Positions 26,301 through 41,300 of a stretch of 64,000 nucleotides of DNA are shown piece by piece. Location: assembly GCA_030248215.1 (NCBI GenBank), contig JASANG010003525.1, forward strand, positions 434,001 through 498,000. The letters are read 5' to 3'. A model generated the notes under the pieces. It did not search any database, was not told where the DNA came from, and saw only the letters and a program-made list of their open reading frames with translations. The stretch is from Enoplolaimus lenunculus (lineage: Eukaryota). The number at the start of each line of letters is the position of its first letter. The first letter of the stretch is position 1. A program made the translations under genes and the position numbers.

Positions 26301-29300
26301 GGGCCCATGCACCTGGCGCATTTATTAGAGGGGCAGTGAATGGCTCTGGTGTTCTAGTTAAATGTCACTTAATTTTAGACTTCATTCAATTGTAAATCTT
26401 TTACGAAGTATATTATATTTTATTGAGTTGTTTTTTAAGTTTTGTGTATAGTTTACAAATTTCAAATAAATCATTTTAGGCAGTGGCAAACGAGTGCCAG
26501 TGGTGTGTGTGGTTCTCGAAGGTGGGACGTGTACAATAAGAGCTGTGCTGGATTATGTCACAAATTCGCCTCCGGTTCCGGTTGTTTGTTGTGACGGAAG
26601 CGGACGTGCTGCAGATTTGTTGGCGTTTACGCATAAATATGCACAAGATGATGGGTAAGCACGAAATTGGCTGGTATGCAAATCAAGGGTGGCGGGGCAA
26701 TTAAACGCCGTGGGCCGTGGCAAAGGTGGTAATAATCTGTCATGAGCAATATCGAAACTAGCAGTTGAAGATTGTTTTTATTTTATTTTAAGTTGTTTTG
26801 TGTTTAGGTCAGTGCCAGATCCATTAAAAGAACAGTTGCTGCTCACTATTCAACAGTGCTTTGACTACACTCATGCACAAGCGAAGAAAGTGTTCATGGA
26901 ACTGATTTTATGCGTGCGCAAAAAGCATTTGGTATGTTTATTGCTCGGTTTATAGTGACGCAGTATTAATAATAACTACTCGAACCCCAATTTGTCTAGA
27001 AGAAATACCTGGACCCGGTATTTTTAAGAATTCAAGGCCGGACCCGATAAGCGATCGTAATCTTGACCCAAGTACGTTTACGTAGGTTATTCATTGCTCA
27101 AAGTTGAAGCCTGTCGATCTAGCTTTTTCCTTCTTCAGTTTGCTTTTGCGTACGACATACGATAGTTTCTGTTAGACAAGTCGGTTCAAAATTCAGCACA
27201 TTTTTCGTATTTTGTTCATCCTGCTGTCAATGTGAAAACCTAAACCAGCTGGTTCTCTGTTTTTAGGTCGCATCATAAGGATCAAAATTCTATAATACTA
27301 GCTCGTAGTTTTAATTTGTTTTTGTTTTAGATTACTGTTTATCGTCATGGTGAAGACTCTCAACAAGATATTGATCATGCAATATTGACTGCGTTGCTCA
27401 AGGGTCAAGATTTGTCTGCGCCTGACCAGCTCTCGCTTGCGCTAACCTGGAACCGTCCCGATATAGCTCGATCAGATATTTTTGTATATGGACAAGAATG
27501 GCCGGTTAGTTGAAAGATTTTAAGAATACTTTCTTTTGTTTACTTTTGTTTGTTTGTTTCTTTGTTTGTTTGTTTGCTTGCTTGTTTGTTTTTCATATTT
27601 ATATCTTATAGGTGATACACGCCGTGTGTTCTGGGCACTTGCTTTAATTGATGTTCAAATTATAATTGTTGCTTGATCTAATATTTAGTTAAAATACTAA
27701 ACTGTGAAAATTTGAGTTTGGAATGCGTTCCAGATTTGTAGACATCATTGCGTTTTATGTTATAAAAGTGTTAGCTTCAAAGTTTAAAAAAGCTATAGCA
27801 ATCTGTTTGTTTAGCAATTGAAACTCATGCCTTTCAATTTATCATCCTTAATTGTGGTTTTTGGGTTTACGTTACAGCCAGGAGCGCTCGAGTATGCAAT
27901 GATGGATGCGTTAATCTATGATCGCGTGGATTTTGTTCGTCTTTTGCTTGAAAATGGTGTGTCCATGGAACGATTTTTGACCATTGACCGCCTGGAAGAA
28001 TTGTACAATACGGTAAATGCGAAACTAAGACACGGGATTAACGCAGTTACATAAAAAATGATTTATGATTAAATTGGTTCATGTTAAGTGCCTACCCACT
28101 AAGCCTTAATCTAACCCTAGGCGTAAGTCTAAACTTAAGTCTAACTTCACCTTCTGTAAGGCCTCCAGTGTTTTTGTCTTTAACGATGGATGACATTATG
28201 TCATTTAAGTAGTAAATAATTACTCTTTAGTTTCTACGAAATTCTGGTCAAGTGGAACGCTATCAAGCAATCTAAACATCGCATGCGGAATTTAGAATTT
28301 AGCATTTTTTATTTTTTTGCAGGATAAAGGCCCAACATACAGCGTTGACGCGTTAAAATTAATTATTCGTGACGTTGTTAAGTATCCAATACGAAAGCAG
28401 CATCACGTGACGCTACACGAAATTGGACTGGTTGTTCAAAAGTTAATGGGTGGCTCGTATTTGGCGCAGTATTGTCGGAAAAGTTTTCGAAAGCGAATGG
28501 AACGACTTAAAACCCAGCATCAGCAACAGCAACAGATTAATGCCCAGTCGGCATCTACTACTGAGGTACGCAATGAAGGGAATTAATTTCGGAATTTGGT
28601 CGGTGTTTTGTGTTTGATGCAAGGACCATTATTTTCAATTGTGTATAGTATCTATCGCCATTGGTCTAACATGTGGGTATTTATATGGCACGGTTTAAGC
28701 GTTTTAGGGTGATACAAGTAAACGATCGACGGACAATACACCGAATCATTTGCGATCGCCTACCCATCGAACGGATGAAGGTAAGCAAAGCTTGCTAGCT
28801 CCGATGCTAGTTAATGCATTCGTTGTTTAGAAATACATTTACGACGTTCTACGGCAATTTTAGTGCAGCGCCGTACGGCACCAGGCTTAGCGGTATGCAA
28901 TAAAATTGTTAAAAAGTATAGCGCCGTCTTTAGAGAGCAAATATCTGGTTGTTTCCGTAATTAACTACGCTCTAAATGTGCAGCGTGGCTGAATCTTGTA
29001 ATATAGTGGATACTAGTCAAGCTAGCATGAGTAGTTAATTTTTCTTCTTTTAGACGAAGAGCGAAATCGTGGGTCTGTGCAAGAATTTGAACCTCACTTT
29101 AAGTATCCGTTCAATGAACTCTTAGTATGGGCTGTGTTACTGCGACGTCAGAAAATGGCACTTTGTATGTGGCAGCATGGAGAGGAAGCTTTAGCAAAGG
29201 TAGTTTACTCGGGATGTCTAAAGATTTTTATGGATTAACTTCTCAGTTGGTGCTGTTTTAGCACTGGTTTTCTTTACAGAACTTTTCAAAATATTTAGTT

Positions 29301-32300
29301 ACTACTACTGACCTAATAACCGTAAGATCTCGGGACCCAAACGTTTGTAGTTTGATATGTTTTAGTTGGTATCATTTTTGTTATATTTTTAGGCGCTGGT
29401 CGCCACTCGGATTTATAAAGCAATGGCTAATGAGGCTGCCGAAGATTATTTGGAAGTGGAAATTTGCGATGAACTGAATAATTATTCATTGTACGTTTTC
29501 GAATACATTTATTATCGATCTTTTATAGTTAATAAGCTGAAGAGCTTGGGTCAAATTCAAGTTGAGCAAACTTTTAAAGGTTACTTGTTGTCACTTGGTT
29601 TGTAGACATTCTGTGAGCTGGAAGATTAAAATATCTGAATTGCATCGTATCCCATTTGGCCGAAAGCCAATAAATCTGGTTGATTATTTTTTGCCAAATT
29701 ATGATGCAGCTAATATTTTGACTGGTAAGAAACAGATCTTGGTCTGTATTTAAGTAAACCAGTCTTTTTTAATGTTTATTGGTATAGGGATTTCCGTTAG
29801 TCTGTGATTTTTCGTTTTATAGAGAATTTTACAAACTCGCAATAGATTTGCTTGAATTTTCGTACAACACAGACGACGACCAAACGTTTCAGCTATTAAC
29901 GTACGAGTTGACAAACTGGGGTAACGAGACGTGCCTGTCGCTTGCCTATCTCGCTGAACATATGGAGTTTGTCGCACATCCTGGATGTCAGATGCTGTTG
30001 GCTGATTTATGGCACGGCGGTCTACGGATTAGGCGCAATTCTAATATTAAGGTATTATTACCTGTGGGTTGATGTAGAGAATAAGGAACGTCAGGCATTT
30101 GTTTTTCAATTCTGACCCTAGCTAATTTTGCTATCGCAATAAATGTACTTAAGCAAGTCTGAAATTCAAGAATCGTGTCTTATGAATTGGCTATTAAATA
30201 TCGCACTGAGGTAGTGAAAGGTTTTTTGGTGTTTGGTATTGCAAGTTGGATAATCTAACGCCAAACGTACAGTCACAGACAGAATTAAATATGGTCGCTA
30301 GCTCGTAGCTAAAGTGGAAACTGCTAGCGATTATAGCGACCATACTCGTAACAGCAGCTGCGATTACTTACTTTAAATTTTAACTGTTTGTAAACGCGGT
30401 TGTAGCGACTTCAGACGTAAATATAAAACCGTGACCGCAGTCGTAGTATGCGCTACCGCGATTAGTGCATTTAATTCTGTTCACAACTGTAGATTCCAAC
30501 GTAGAGACGGGCTCTCCCCTTGTTGTGTTCAGTATTCTGCTTCTGCGTTAAGAGAGCTTATATTTTTTGCTGCATGTTTTTTTATTTTTTATAGGTTTTG
30601 ATGGGATTGCTGTTACCGTTTTCTATACTAACGCTTGATTTCAAAACGAAAGAAGAATTGTTGCTACAGCCGCAGACCCGTGAAGAACATATTGGTACGC
30701 AAATTAAATGATTGTTTTGCTTTTTAAGGGTGGTGCTATTTGACTATTTTAATGCTGTCGGACGCCGTTCGCAACCGCACGGAAACTCAGCTAAATTGCC
30801 ACATGACACCACATAACATTGCAAGCAAAAAGTTTGGTTTGCTGCCGTCCGCTGCCGGACGACAGCGAACTGCGCCGCACGACAACTATAGCGCTTTTTG
30901 TTCGGAAGTTTATTTGAAGTGTATTCTACCATTACGGTTTCACACTCTTGCAAGACCGCAGCATCAGTTTTTGAAGGAGTCTGTATGGTATTACAAAAAC
31001 AGAACATTTTGCTTTGTATTTCGTATCAGAAGTAATCAAAGATTCCGATCGTTATTCGGGTCGCGACTCGCAGTCATCATCGTCAACTTCAACATCAACA
31101 TCACCATCGTCTGGCTCTGATACGGAAGCTGCCGACATGACGGACGAGGGTGCACCCAACGTCGGCGGACCTGTGGATACCCGGTCCGTTGCGTCGGCTC
31201 ATGTTGGCCTTGGCCCAAGCGTTGCCGGTGGCAGTGGGACACTTCCATCGTCATCTGGGCCACATCGGCCGTCGCTGGCTGGTGATGTGGAGGCTCAGCA
31301 AGGACAGGTGGCTTCCGGTGGCGGCGGCGGCTGGTTTCATGGCCGTCGAAGGCCCTTTTCGAACCCGGGTGGGACGACTACGGACGAGTCGGGTAAGATT
31401 AGCTTGAATGGGAGGGTTGGGTAAACGATAAGTCACGCTTTAATGCCTGGTAAGGTATTATATGCAATTTTTTATATGTTAAATTCATATAGAATTGTCG
31501 CGATAGGACGCGCTTGAATTGTGTCTTAAAACTTGGATAGGTTGTTTCTTGACTGGACGTGTACATCTATTCTTTGACATCGTATGTGATCTTTCAAAAA
31601 TCATATATAATAACTATGACGGGTATATCTTTATATTTATCAATTATTATCAGAACAGCCATTTCGTGAGCTGCTGCGACAAAAGCTACACTATGGCGTG
31701 TACCATTTCTTATTTGCAGACGATGACGTAATCGATTCAACCGCACCAACAGTTCGTCACAAAGCGAGCCGAAAACAACACTTATACACGGCACAAATGA
31801 GTGTTCCACCAATACTCAACAATCACTTGAGTCATGTAGATTCTAGTAACACTGGCAATCGCCGAATCGAAAAGTCAACGTCACCCCCTCAGGTTGGATT
31901 TGAGCCCGATCCCCAAACGGTGCCAGGAAATGATTTCACGAAAGGAGATGACCCAGAATCTGAGGCCGGCAGATTGAAAAGTTCAAGCGGTGTTGATGGT
32001 TCACAGCAGCGTAGACGTCGTCGTTCATATTCGAGATCGGCCAGCGCTGGCGGATCTGCCAGCGGGGCCCGCGGGCAGGGACAGGGTACCGCTGCTGGGA
32101 CTGGAACTGGGGGCGGTGGCAGGATTAATTGGAGAGGCAGTGGCACCTCGATAGCTTCGAGCTTACTACGAACCGTTGTTGGGGTAGGTATGCGTTTTTG
32201 TTGTGGGGCTGGGCGGTGTGATTTAAACCGTAGTCTCAACAGTGTGTAGCGCCCATTGTCAGTTTATTAACAACTTGTGGTGTTGGGCTGGATATGCAGA

Positions 32301-35300
32301 TTTCTAAAAGGTTATGTACCACATAGTCTATTATAACAGCTCTGTGTGTAGTACTTATCATTAGTTTAGTCCTAGATTGAGTAATGTTTCGTTTAGCAAG
32401 CGTATGCAACCTTTATCGCATGAAAAATTGTTGTTTTGCTTGAAGAAAATTTTGTGAGGCATGACAGAAAAAATTTTACTCGTAAAATTTTTTACATTGG
32501 GAACCTTACCTGTTTTAAATTAAAAAAAATCGAGGGATTGTAATGTACCCATTTGCCTTGTTTACCCCTGTATTATTATTATTGTTATAGTCATAGCTCA
32601 TATAATAAGATCTTGTTTAGAAACGGCGAACATCTTCAATGCGTAAACGAAGCCGTGCTGTTTTACACGAACAGCATCGGAAGCAATCAAACGTAACGTC
32701 TTTGGAAGTTGGACGACAGCGGATCTCGGGAGCGAATCATTACGATTCTGGTTTGGGATCCAAAGCCGCGCACGCTAATGATACACGGCCACGGGATGCT
32801 TCCCCACCGCCTTCTGTGCGCATAGAACACCCAGCGGACTCTGAGCTGTATCGACAACGACGTAAGAGTACCTCACGCCGGTGTTCGGTTCAACTTGAGC
32901 CGTTAGGTGGCAGTGATCCTGCGATAGGTGGATCTGGACCAGCTGGAGGGACTGGTGGAAGGCAACGGTATTCGATACGCCAGGTTGCGACCGTTGCCCA
33001 GTTGACGCCGAACAAGTTGAGCACCTTGAAGTAAGTGCAATTAACGTCGACTGTGTATAGCACCTAGCGCCACTCGTAAGTTGGTAATATGTTTTCAAAC
33101 AGGCGAACTGCGGCAGCTATGGATCACAACATTTGTACAAAAGTAAAGTAAATTAAATGCGATATATGTGCTGAATTTTGAAACTCACTATGTCGGTTCT
33201 TAAGTTACAAAATTTATCGCCATTGGGGATATTAGCATTTCGGGGCCATTCACATCAAAAGCGATTTATTTGTGCGATGCTTATTTTATGTTCTGTAAAT
33301 TCGTTTTTAGCTTAATGTTAAAAACGCGAAATAATATGTTTGACTCCAAGAGAACAACTTATTTAAGTATTGTTTTGTCTTTGAATTTTAGAAGTCTTCC
33401 TGCGTTTACAAAAAGCTCTGCCCGCAAAACTCGGCCTTTAAAGTTGGGCAAAAAATTTTACGAATTTTATGTTGCTCCAATAACAACGTTCTGGTCTTTC
33501 GTTGTAAGTTTTATATTTTTAATTTACATTTGAGTATTTTTAATATTGTTGTGATCAATTCTTATTTATTAAGGCATTTTAAATAGCAAAATCTTCACAA
33601 GACGTGAGAGCACTCCCAGGAATGAGCGTCAAGCGCGTACAGTTGATTGATGATGGTGAACGTCTCCCACCTGTGAAACTGATTTTCGATTTCTAGCTTG
33701 AAATTACATGAAATTACATCTCAGATGAAATTGAACATATGAATGTAACAAAAGTTTTATTGTTTCTAATGCAAAATTTAGTGAAAACACCCGTGGAAAT
33801 AACTTCGGATACGGGTGCAAGACCCACACTTAATTTTTTGCGGACGCGGGTGTGGACCTACGCTCATTTTCATTTTTGCGGATGCTGATTTCTGCAACAT
33901 CCTTACTGTAAAGTTCCGTTGATACAGTTGTATAACTGAATTTGTATTATCTTTGTTAATTTTTGTTTTTATTGCTTGTTTCAGATTTCTTACTGTGTCT
34001 TTTTAACGTGCTTCACGTACATGGTGCTCAAACGAACGCCGAGAGATCCGGAAGCGGTTGAATATTTTGTCATGGCGTATATGTTCACTTATGGCTGTGA
34101 ATTGTTGCGCAAGGTATGACTACCTACATAATCACGTCATGCACAAAATGCTGTATGCTGGTTACAGAGCGAAGGACAGTTAAAGTTTTTAAACATGACG
34201 AAACATTAACTCTTGTTTCATGCATATTTTTGAAGCAATATTGCTTTGATTTTTGGTTTCATGTTTGGCCAGCTTGATTGAATCGTATACCAAAATTACA
34301 GGTGCCGGAGCGGGATATTTAAGTACATATTTCGACAGAAAGTGAAACTTAATCATACGAATTTAGTACTACTTGCTATAATCATGTTCTAATTTTGTTT
34401 TTACAAAGCATTATGTGGGATTTTTTGAATGCTTATCTTTGTCATTTCAAACAAAGGTTGCAACGATATATTGGAATTTTCATCATAAATAATACTTAAT
34501 ATAGAATTATGTTGTACTTTTCAGCAATAAATAGCAGACAATTTAGAATACCTGAGCCGGATGTCGATTTTTGCCGCAGCCGGAGACGGACATCCGGTTG
34601 AGCCCTGCCGACCAGTGCTCTATTGTTAGCCAATTCTTGAAGTATTCGGAACGATTAAAATAAATTCATAGACGTAGCCAAATTAACTAAAACGCGTTTG
34701 AGTTGCATCTTTGATCACAGTTATAAATCAATCTTTTTTAACAGCAATAAAAAACATTCGGCTAAAATAAAATTTCGATGGCACAAATTGAGATCGGCAG
34801 TTCGTGAATTGCTTACCTGTTACCTGTAAATTAAAATAGCCACTGTCTGAATTCTCAAATGTGTTGCACCTTGCATCTATCACAAGTTGGTGATAAGTTT
34901 TTAAGCAACGAAACATATATTGCAAATCATTTCGTACATATAAACGACTGGAACGTGAACGTGAAAACGTTATCATCGGCCAGGTCGAACTGCGAAGTTA
35001 CAACCTTACGTCTCTAACACCATGACTGACCTCGAGTAAAGAAAATTTAAACGCTATTATAAAACCGCAACCGCAGACGCTACCGCAATTAGTACGCACT
35101 TAATTTTTGTCTGTGACTGTTGGCTGGTGCTGCTACGCTTATTCTAGAATGTGTACCCATAATTTTAGCTGATGACGTCGGATTCACACAAATTCTCACA
35201 GAAACTTGTCTATTTTGTTGCGCAACGGTTTAATTTGGCGTCAACGCTAGCAGTCGCTCTGTTCGGTGTCGCTGCGTGCCTTCGATTTCATGATTCAACT

Positions 35301-38300
35301 CGGCCCTGGGCTCGAGTCTTATACGCGTGCGATATCACCTATTGGTATGTGTACAGCCTTGATTTCTTGTCTGTCAACAAATACCTCGGACCGTATATTA
35401 CGATGGTTGCCAAAATGGTAAGGTTTACATTTTTTCTATGTTCTTAGGGATTTTTGGAAAATTGAAACTTTGGTTAAAGGTATAAGGTTGATGTTAGGAT
35501 GTTGTTTGTATGGCTTGTACCGCAGTTGTCTATGTAGTAAAGCGATAGTTTTGACAGTTGAAATGATTGAAACGGGTTTTGGTTGCTGTGCCCCTTGCCG
35601 TGTGCAGGCATTTTTATTTACCATGACAATTTCTGCAAAATAATTATTGCATGAGAGTTTGTTTGGTTTGTTTGTTTGTTTGTTTGTTTGTATGTTTGTT
35701 TGTCATGTCGGTTTATATTTTGTTTTCAGCTTGTGCAAATGCTCTACATTACAACGATTTTAGCTGTGGTGTTGATGAGTTTTGGCGTAATACGGCAGTC
35801 GATTTTGTTTCCGGAACACGATTTTCATTGGCAGCTTGTGCGAAACATATTTTATAAACCATATTTTATGTTGTACGGTGAAGTGTATGCGCCCGAAATT
35901 GACAGTAAGTTGTGAGTAATATGGTCAAATAAACAGTGGCTGTGTTTCTGAAACCCTACTTAAGCACAATGTTCTACTGAAGTACGTGCTAAGCAATTAC
36001 TTAACCGTTTTGTCGTTTTTAAAAGCGTACTTAGTTAACTAAATACTTATTTTGGTGACTAAATGTGACATGTTACTGCTTAACACTTAACTCATAGTAG
36101 TCTTCGTCTTAATTGAACTTGTAGACTCATGGTGCCTCCTTAATATAAAGCGAAGCTATACGTTCTTGTTATGACAATGGCTTACATTTGACGTTTGTTT
36201 GTTTTTGTTTGAAAATTTAAGTACTTACTTAAGTCGGCGATTTAAGTAATTAGTTAAGTATAACTTAAGAAGCAAATACCTAATTAAGGTTCTAGAAACC
36301 CAGCCATCGACTGTTTTCGCAACAAGTACCTCCTTAATATAAAGAGAAGCTATACTTTCTTGTTTTAACAATGGCTTACATTTGGCGCTTGTTTTAAGTC
36401 GGCGACTTAAGTAAAGATACTAGAAACCCAGCCATTGACTGTATTTGCAGTGCGGTAACTTTAGCACAAAATAACATAGTCTTTGCGCTTGTATAGATAT
36501 TGTTAAGCTACAACGACGTACTGAACTTTTGGCTGGAAATTTCATTATCCTTAAGCTTTAAACAAACTATTTTGCACCTTTGCTTAGAGTAAGATAATGC
36601 TGATGTCACGCAGCGTCAAATATTTCGACTTAAACCAAAATAATACTCACTTTGAAAGCTGTTTATGGGCTTGTATAAAGTAAGCTAACTAATTTTTTTG
36701 CATTACTATGTTTTAGCTTGTGGCGATTCGGGTGAAGGTTGTGTGGTTGGCGGCTGGTTAACTCCATTGTTTATGGCAGCATTTCTCTTGGTTGCAAATA
36801 TACTGCTCATCAATTTGCTTATTGCAGCTTTCAAGTGAGACCCAAACGCAGTTGTTGACGAAATATAATGAACTCATTTGTAGACCTTTTATTTAGCTTG
36901 GCCTGTATCAAGAAGTACGGTATAACTCAGTCACCTTGGCAACTGTTAGACAGTTTTCAGTTCAGTTTAGAAACGTGGCGTATTCTACGTTTCATGTAAT
37001 TCTATCGATTTATAGTTCGATGATTATAGTATAGATCGCCCTTTATATTACCTATGTAAGTAACATTGTAAAGACTGGTATTTCACCGTCCATCTCGTTT
37101 GTGAATACCTGTCTAATTTTAAGTAAATTTTAAAAAGGTCATTTCACTGGTTGAAAACTGTTGTATTTTAAATTCCATTTAATAGTTTGTTGTTAATTTT
37201 TTATCTCTTTATCTTCACAGCAATACATTTCAAAACGTCAACGCCGTTTCACAACAGATTTGGAAATACCAGCGATATTATATTGTGATGGAGTTTGAAC
37301 AAAAACCATGGCTGCCTCCACCATTGATTATTATCCCTCATGTATATATTGTGTACAAGTATTGCTGTCGTCGCCGCAGAAGGGGTCAACGTACCGATTG
37401 GATTTCGGATAAAGGATTAAGTAAGCTACGGTTTTGTCCACCAAGGCGTGGGGCTAGACAGACAGCGCTGGTACTTCGCGAGCACAATCTACAGTGGGGA
37501 GAAAACTTTCGAAGTTCGGTCGGATTTTCAGAAGGCTGCAAAGATAAAATATGAATTGAAAAGTTGGAATTTTTGGCTTAGAATTATTCTCAATTTTTTC
37601 GGATTTTAAACGCCCATTTTTTACCAATAATACGTTAGAGACAGCATAAATCCATTTTTATATCTCGGATTTTGATATACAGTCTCAAACCAGGCAAGCG
37701 GAGGAAGGATTCCTGTGCAGTAGCGAAAGGTCAGGGCAGGATTTCGAACATTTTGTACCACCCAGTTTTGTCTGACTTTAGCAGCGGTTGTTATTAAGGA
37801 TAGATTGGCAATGAATTGTACTGTAATTACAACGGGGTAAACACTGAGCAGAAACACAAAACGAAGTTTATATATCATTTAACCGATATTTGGGGAGAGT
37901 GAGCAACGTTTTTACACGACAACAAATACCCCGGACGTTGTAGTCTTCGTTAGCTTAAGATTTTAAAAGAAATTCTCTAAAGTCAATTGGCTGAACCTCA
38001 AAATTACTCCAAAATGGTCTACTAGTGCGTATTTTTTGTCTAAATCAGGGATTTAGGTTTACGCGTTAGGATTAAAAATGTATTGGAATAGTTTTTATAT
38101 TTCAACTTTTCAGAATTGTTTTTACAACCCGAAGAAGTTGAAAAGTTGCATGATTTCGAAGAAGAGTGTATGGACGAGTTTTATCGAATGCGGGATTTGA
38201 AGATGTTTTCTTCGGAACCAGAACGCATCAAGCGAACGTCTGACAAGTAAGTGCTGTCTTTTTCATAACCCTCGACTCCAATAAAGGATGATCAATTTTT

Positions 38301-41300
38301 TAGATGTTTAGAATTGGCCCCAGGGCCAGTATTTTCGCTTGAGCCGGTGCCAACCGGATCTACTGAATTTTGTAAGAATGTATTCTGAGCAGGGCAGTCC
38401 CGTCGAATCGAAGTGTGGTTTTGGTGCCGCGGTCTTAGGTCTAGTTGCCTGGGCAAAACCTTTGGAAGATGAATACGTTACGTAATTTAATCCAATATTT
38501 CTGTTTAGTTGATTTTTTTAATTTCAGAGTTGAATTTATGTCAATGAAACTCGACGACTTAGTAACCAAATACAACACATTTAAATTGAGTATGCAATTG
38601 CTCGAATCAAAAATGCGACAGTTTGAAGAAGCGCAAGAACACCTTTTTGATATTGTATCAGCTGCGGTAACATCAGCGACAGTGGCTGCTGGTGGGCTTG
38701 TACCACCGCGGTCCGATGGTCGATTATCAATTGATTTGGGACCCGGTGACCCTGCAGGACAATTTCACTCCAGTGGCAGTGCGTTGTCGCCTCAGATTTC
38801 AGCTACTGGGGCTTATGGGCGTACAGGGCAAGCTGTGGACCTGGATTCCAGCAACGAGTCTGCGGAATTGCACCAGCAATCGTTGTTAGCAGATGGGCTG
38901 CGGTTTCGGAAAGCAGCAGGTGGAAGTCATAGTTTCATCAGCCATGATGGGCTTGTAAGCACTGATCGAGCACAACCTGGTACCCCCATGCCTGAGCTAA
39001 AAGAAGGCACCACCCGATACTCAGCGTTGAGCTCAGGTCCGGTAACAATACCACCAACCGTTTCTGTAATATCAGCCCCGGTGGCGTCAGCAGCAGCCAA
39101 CATGTACTCAAGTCGAATGTCACCCACCGCAACTGCAAGTATGAACACTCGATTGCCAGATCAATCGCGAAAATCACACCGAAGCAGACCAGATTCACCA
39201 AACGTGACCAGGTCGCTTGTTTTACCACACGGAAGTACAGCAACAACTAATGCTGAAGGCATCCACACTTCTGTCAGCAGTCGCGTTGGACTCTCAACTG
39301 CAACCCATCAGTTAAACAAGCCCCCACCGATCATTACTAGCCCGTCGTTGCTGGCCTCGGGTGCGACCGCTGCCAACAGCAGTACTGGAGCCCTAGCTGC
39401 CACTTCTGCTGCTATTCAGCGCAAAAAGAAACGACAAAGTGGTCCTGGCGGTACGGGTGGATCAGCGACAGTGCCACCCCCAACGATTATCGAAGAAGAT
39501 TTGATAGCAACGATTGCGGGTGCGGCAAATGATAATTTGGTGCCGGCGTCGTCGAACGCAAGCAATATGGTTGGGTCGATGAATGACATCATCTTCGACG
39601 ATGGTCACCCACGCGATGACATCACGATTGGTGGTCACTCACGTGATGACGTCATCGGTGGCGGTGGTCATTCACGCGGTGACGTCATAGGCGGCGGTGG
39701 TCACCCAAGTGACGACATGATTGGTGGTGGTAATTCGCGCGATAACATATCGCCAATGACGTCATCAGTCGATGAGACAGTAACAATAGCAAACGACCGA
39801 GTGGAGACCGCGACTGCAGACGTTGTTGTATCAATTGAGAATGCAATTGCTGATACACGTCGTTGTCATGCTGCTGAAAGGCCGATTGCTCGGTTACCGA
39901 ACGTCGCCAGCCGTGACGCAACTGGCCTGGACCACATGCATTTAAGGTCGGAGGCCCAAAATTCGTTAATTGCGTACACCAATATTTCTGCCGACACTCA
40001 ATCCGTGCCGATGTACGCTGACAGGCAGCACACAGATCGTGTGTCGGAATGTGAGGATTCAGCATCATACGAACCACTTTCACCGTTTATTCACGATGAG
40101 CTTGAGCAAATGCAAGATTTAACTCAAATGCGCCCGTCGCCACAACCTGAAAACACCGAGTTTGATCAGCCGCGGTTTTACTTAAATCGCAGTGGTCAGC
40201 CGAGTCCCACGCCAGTGTCTTCTCCAGGCCCATATTTTTCGTCGTCTAAGGATACGTCACCTCAGCCACCGCAAAGCACAAGGTCGTTATCGCCACCACA
40301 TGTGGGCCAGGAGTATATTTATTCCGTCGATAGCATTAGACACCCAGATTCATCCATGCGCCAAACTGATCCTGTTTTGATTCCGGTTTCTAGTCAAGAG
40401 CTTCAGCGCCACCCTACTGCGGACAGTGTATTTGGAACAGCGATGACGGCTGGTACCCCAGCATCAATACCTGGATCGTATAGTCGACGTAGAAGTCATA
40501 GTCCGAATTTGGTAACCCTGAATAGTGCACCCGTTTGCCTACAACACTCGCTTGACCCGGCCGAATGTTCGCCGCTAATTGATGAAGCGACTCCAACTCT
40601 GGTTGCGGAAATGCTTGCACGTCGCAGCGTCACACCACAACGAACTCTGTCTCTTAGTCCGCCCGAGCTAATATCTGGCGAAATTGCGGCCCCGTCCAGC
40701 TCGCCGATATTTTCTTTCCCACCTGCGGCGGTGGCTATTGGCACTGTCGGGCTCACCGGTGATCCCCCAGTGCCGCTAGCTTTTGCCCCGGTCGTTTCTG
40801 GATTACCGATTCCGCCACCCCCCGCTCGGGTTCCAATCTCGCCATTACCGCTCGGTGAATACACAACGATTACCGATGCAATTGATACGTCTTGTGTTTT
40901 CTCCGCCGGAAACGCTTCTGTGTTGTCAGCTTCACGAAAAAAATCAATCGCCGCTCAAATTGCTCACCAGCAACAGCATGCGTCAACCCTGTTACGGCCA
41001 ATTGGCGGCCTGCAACGGCCGTTTAGTACCTCAGCAGCGGGAGCTGGGACTCTGTCCCAATATGGCGTCAGCGCTGCCACGTTTTCGTCCATGTCTGAAC
41101 ATGATAGATACATAAGTGATGCGGCAGTTAATCCTGCGTCTGACCCGCTAGTGTCTGGCGTGGCCGCCTGGGGTGAGGGTACGGCGCTAGAACTTGAACG
41201 GCATAGCGCTGATAGCAATCACACTAAGTGGTCGCTTGCGAGAGGCACTGATTCCATTATAAAGGCGAGTAGCGACTGGCGTCTTCACGCTCAGACGCCT

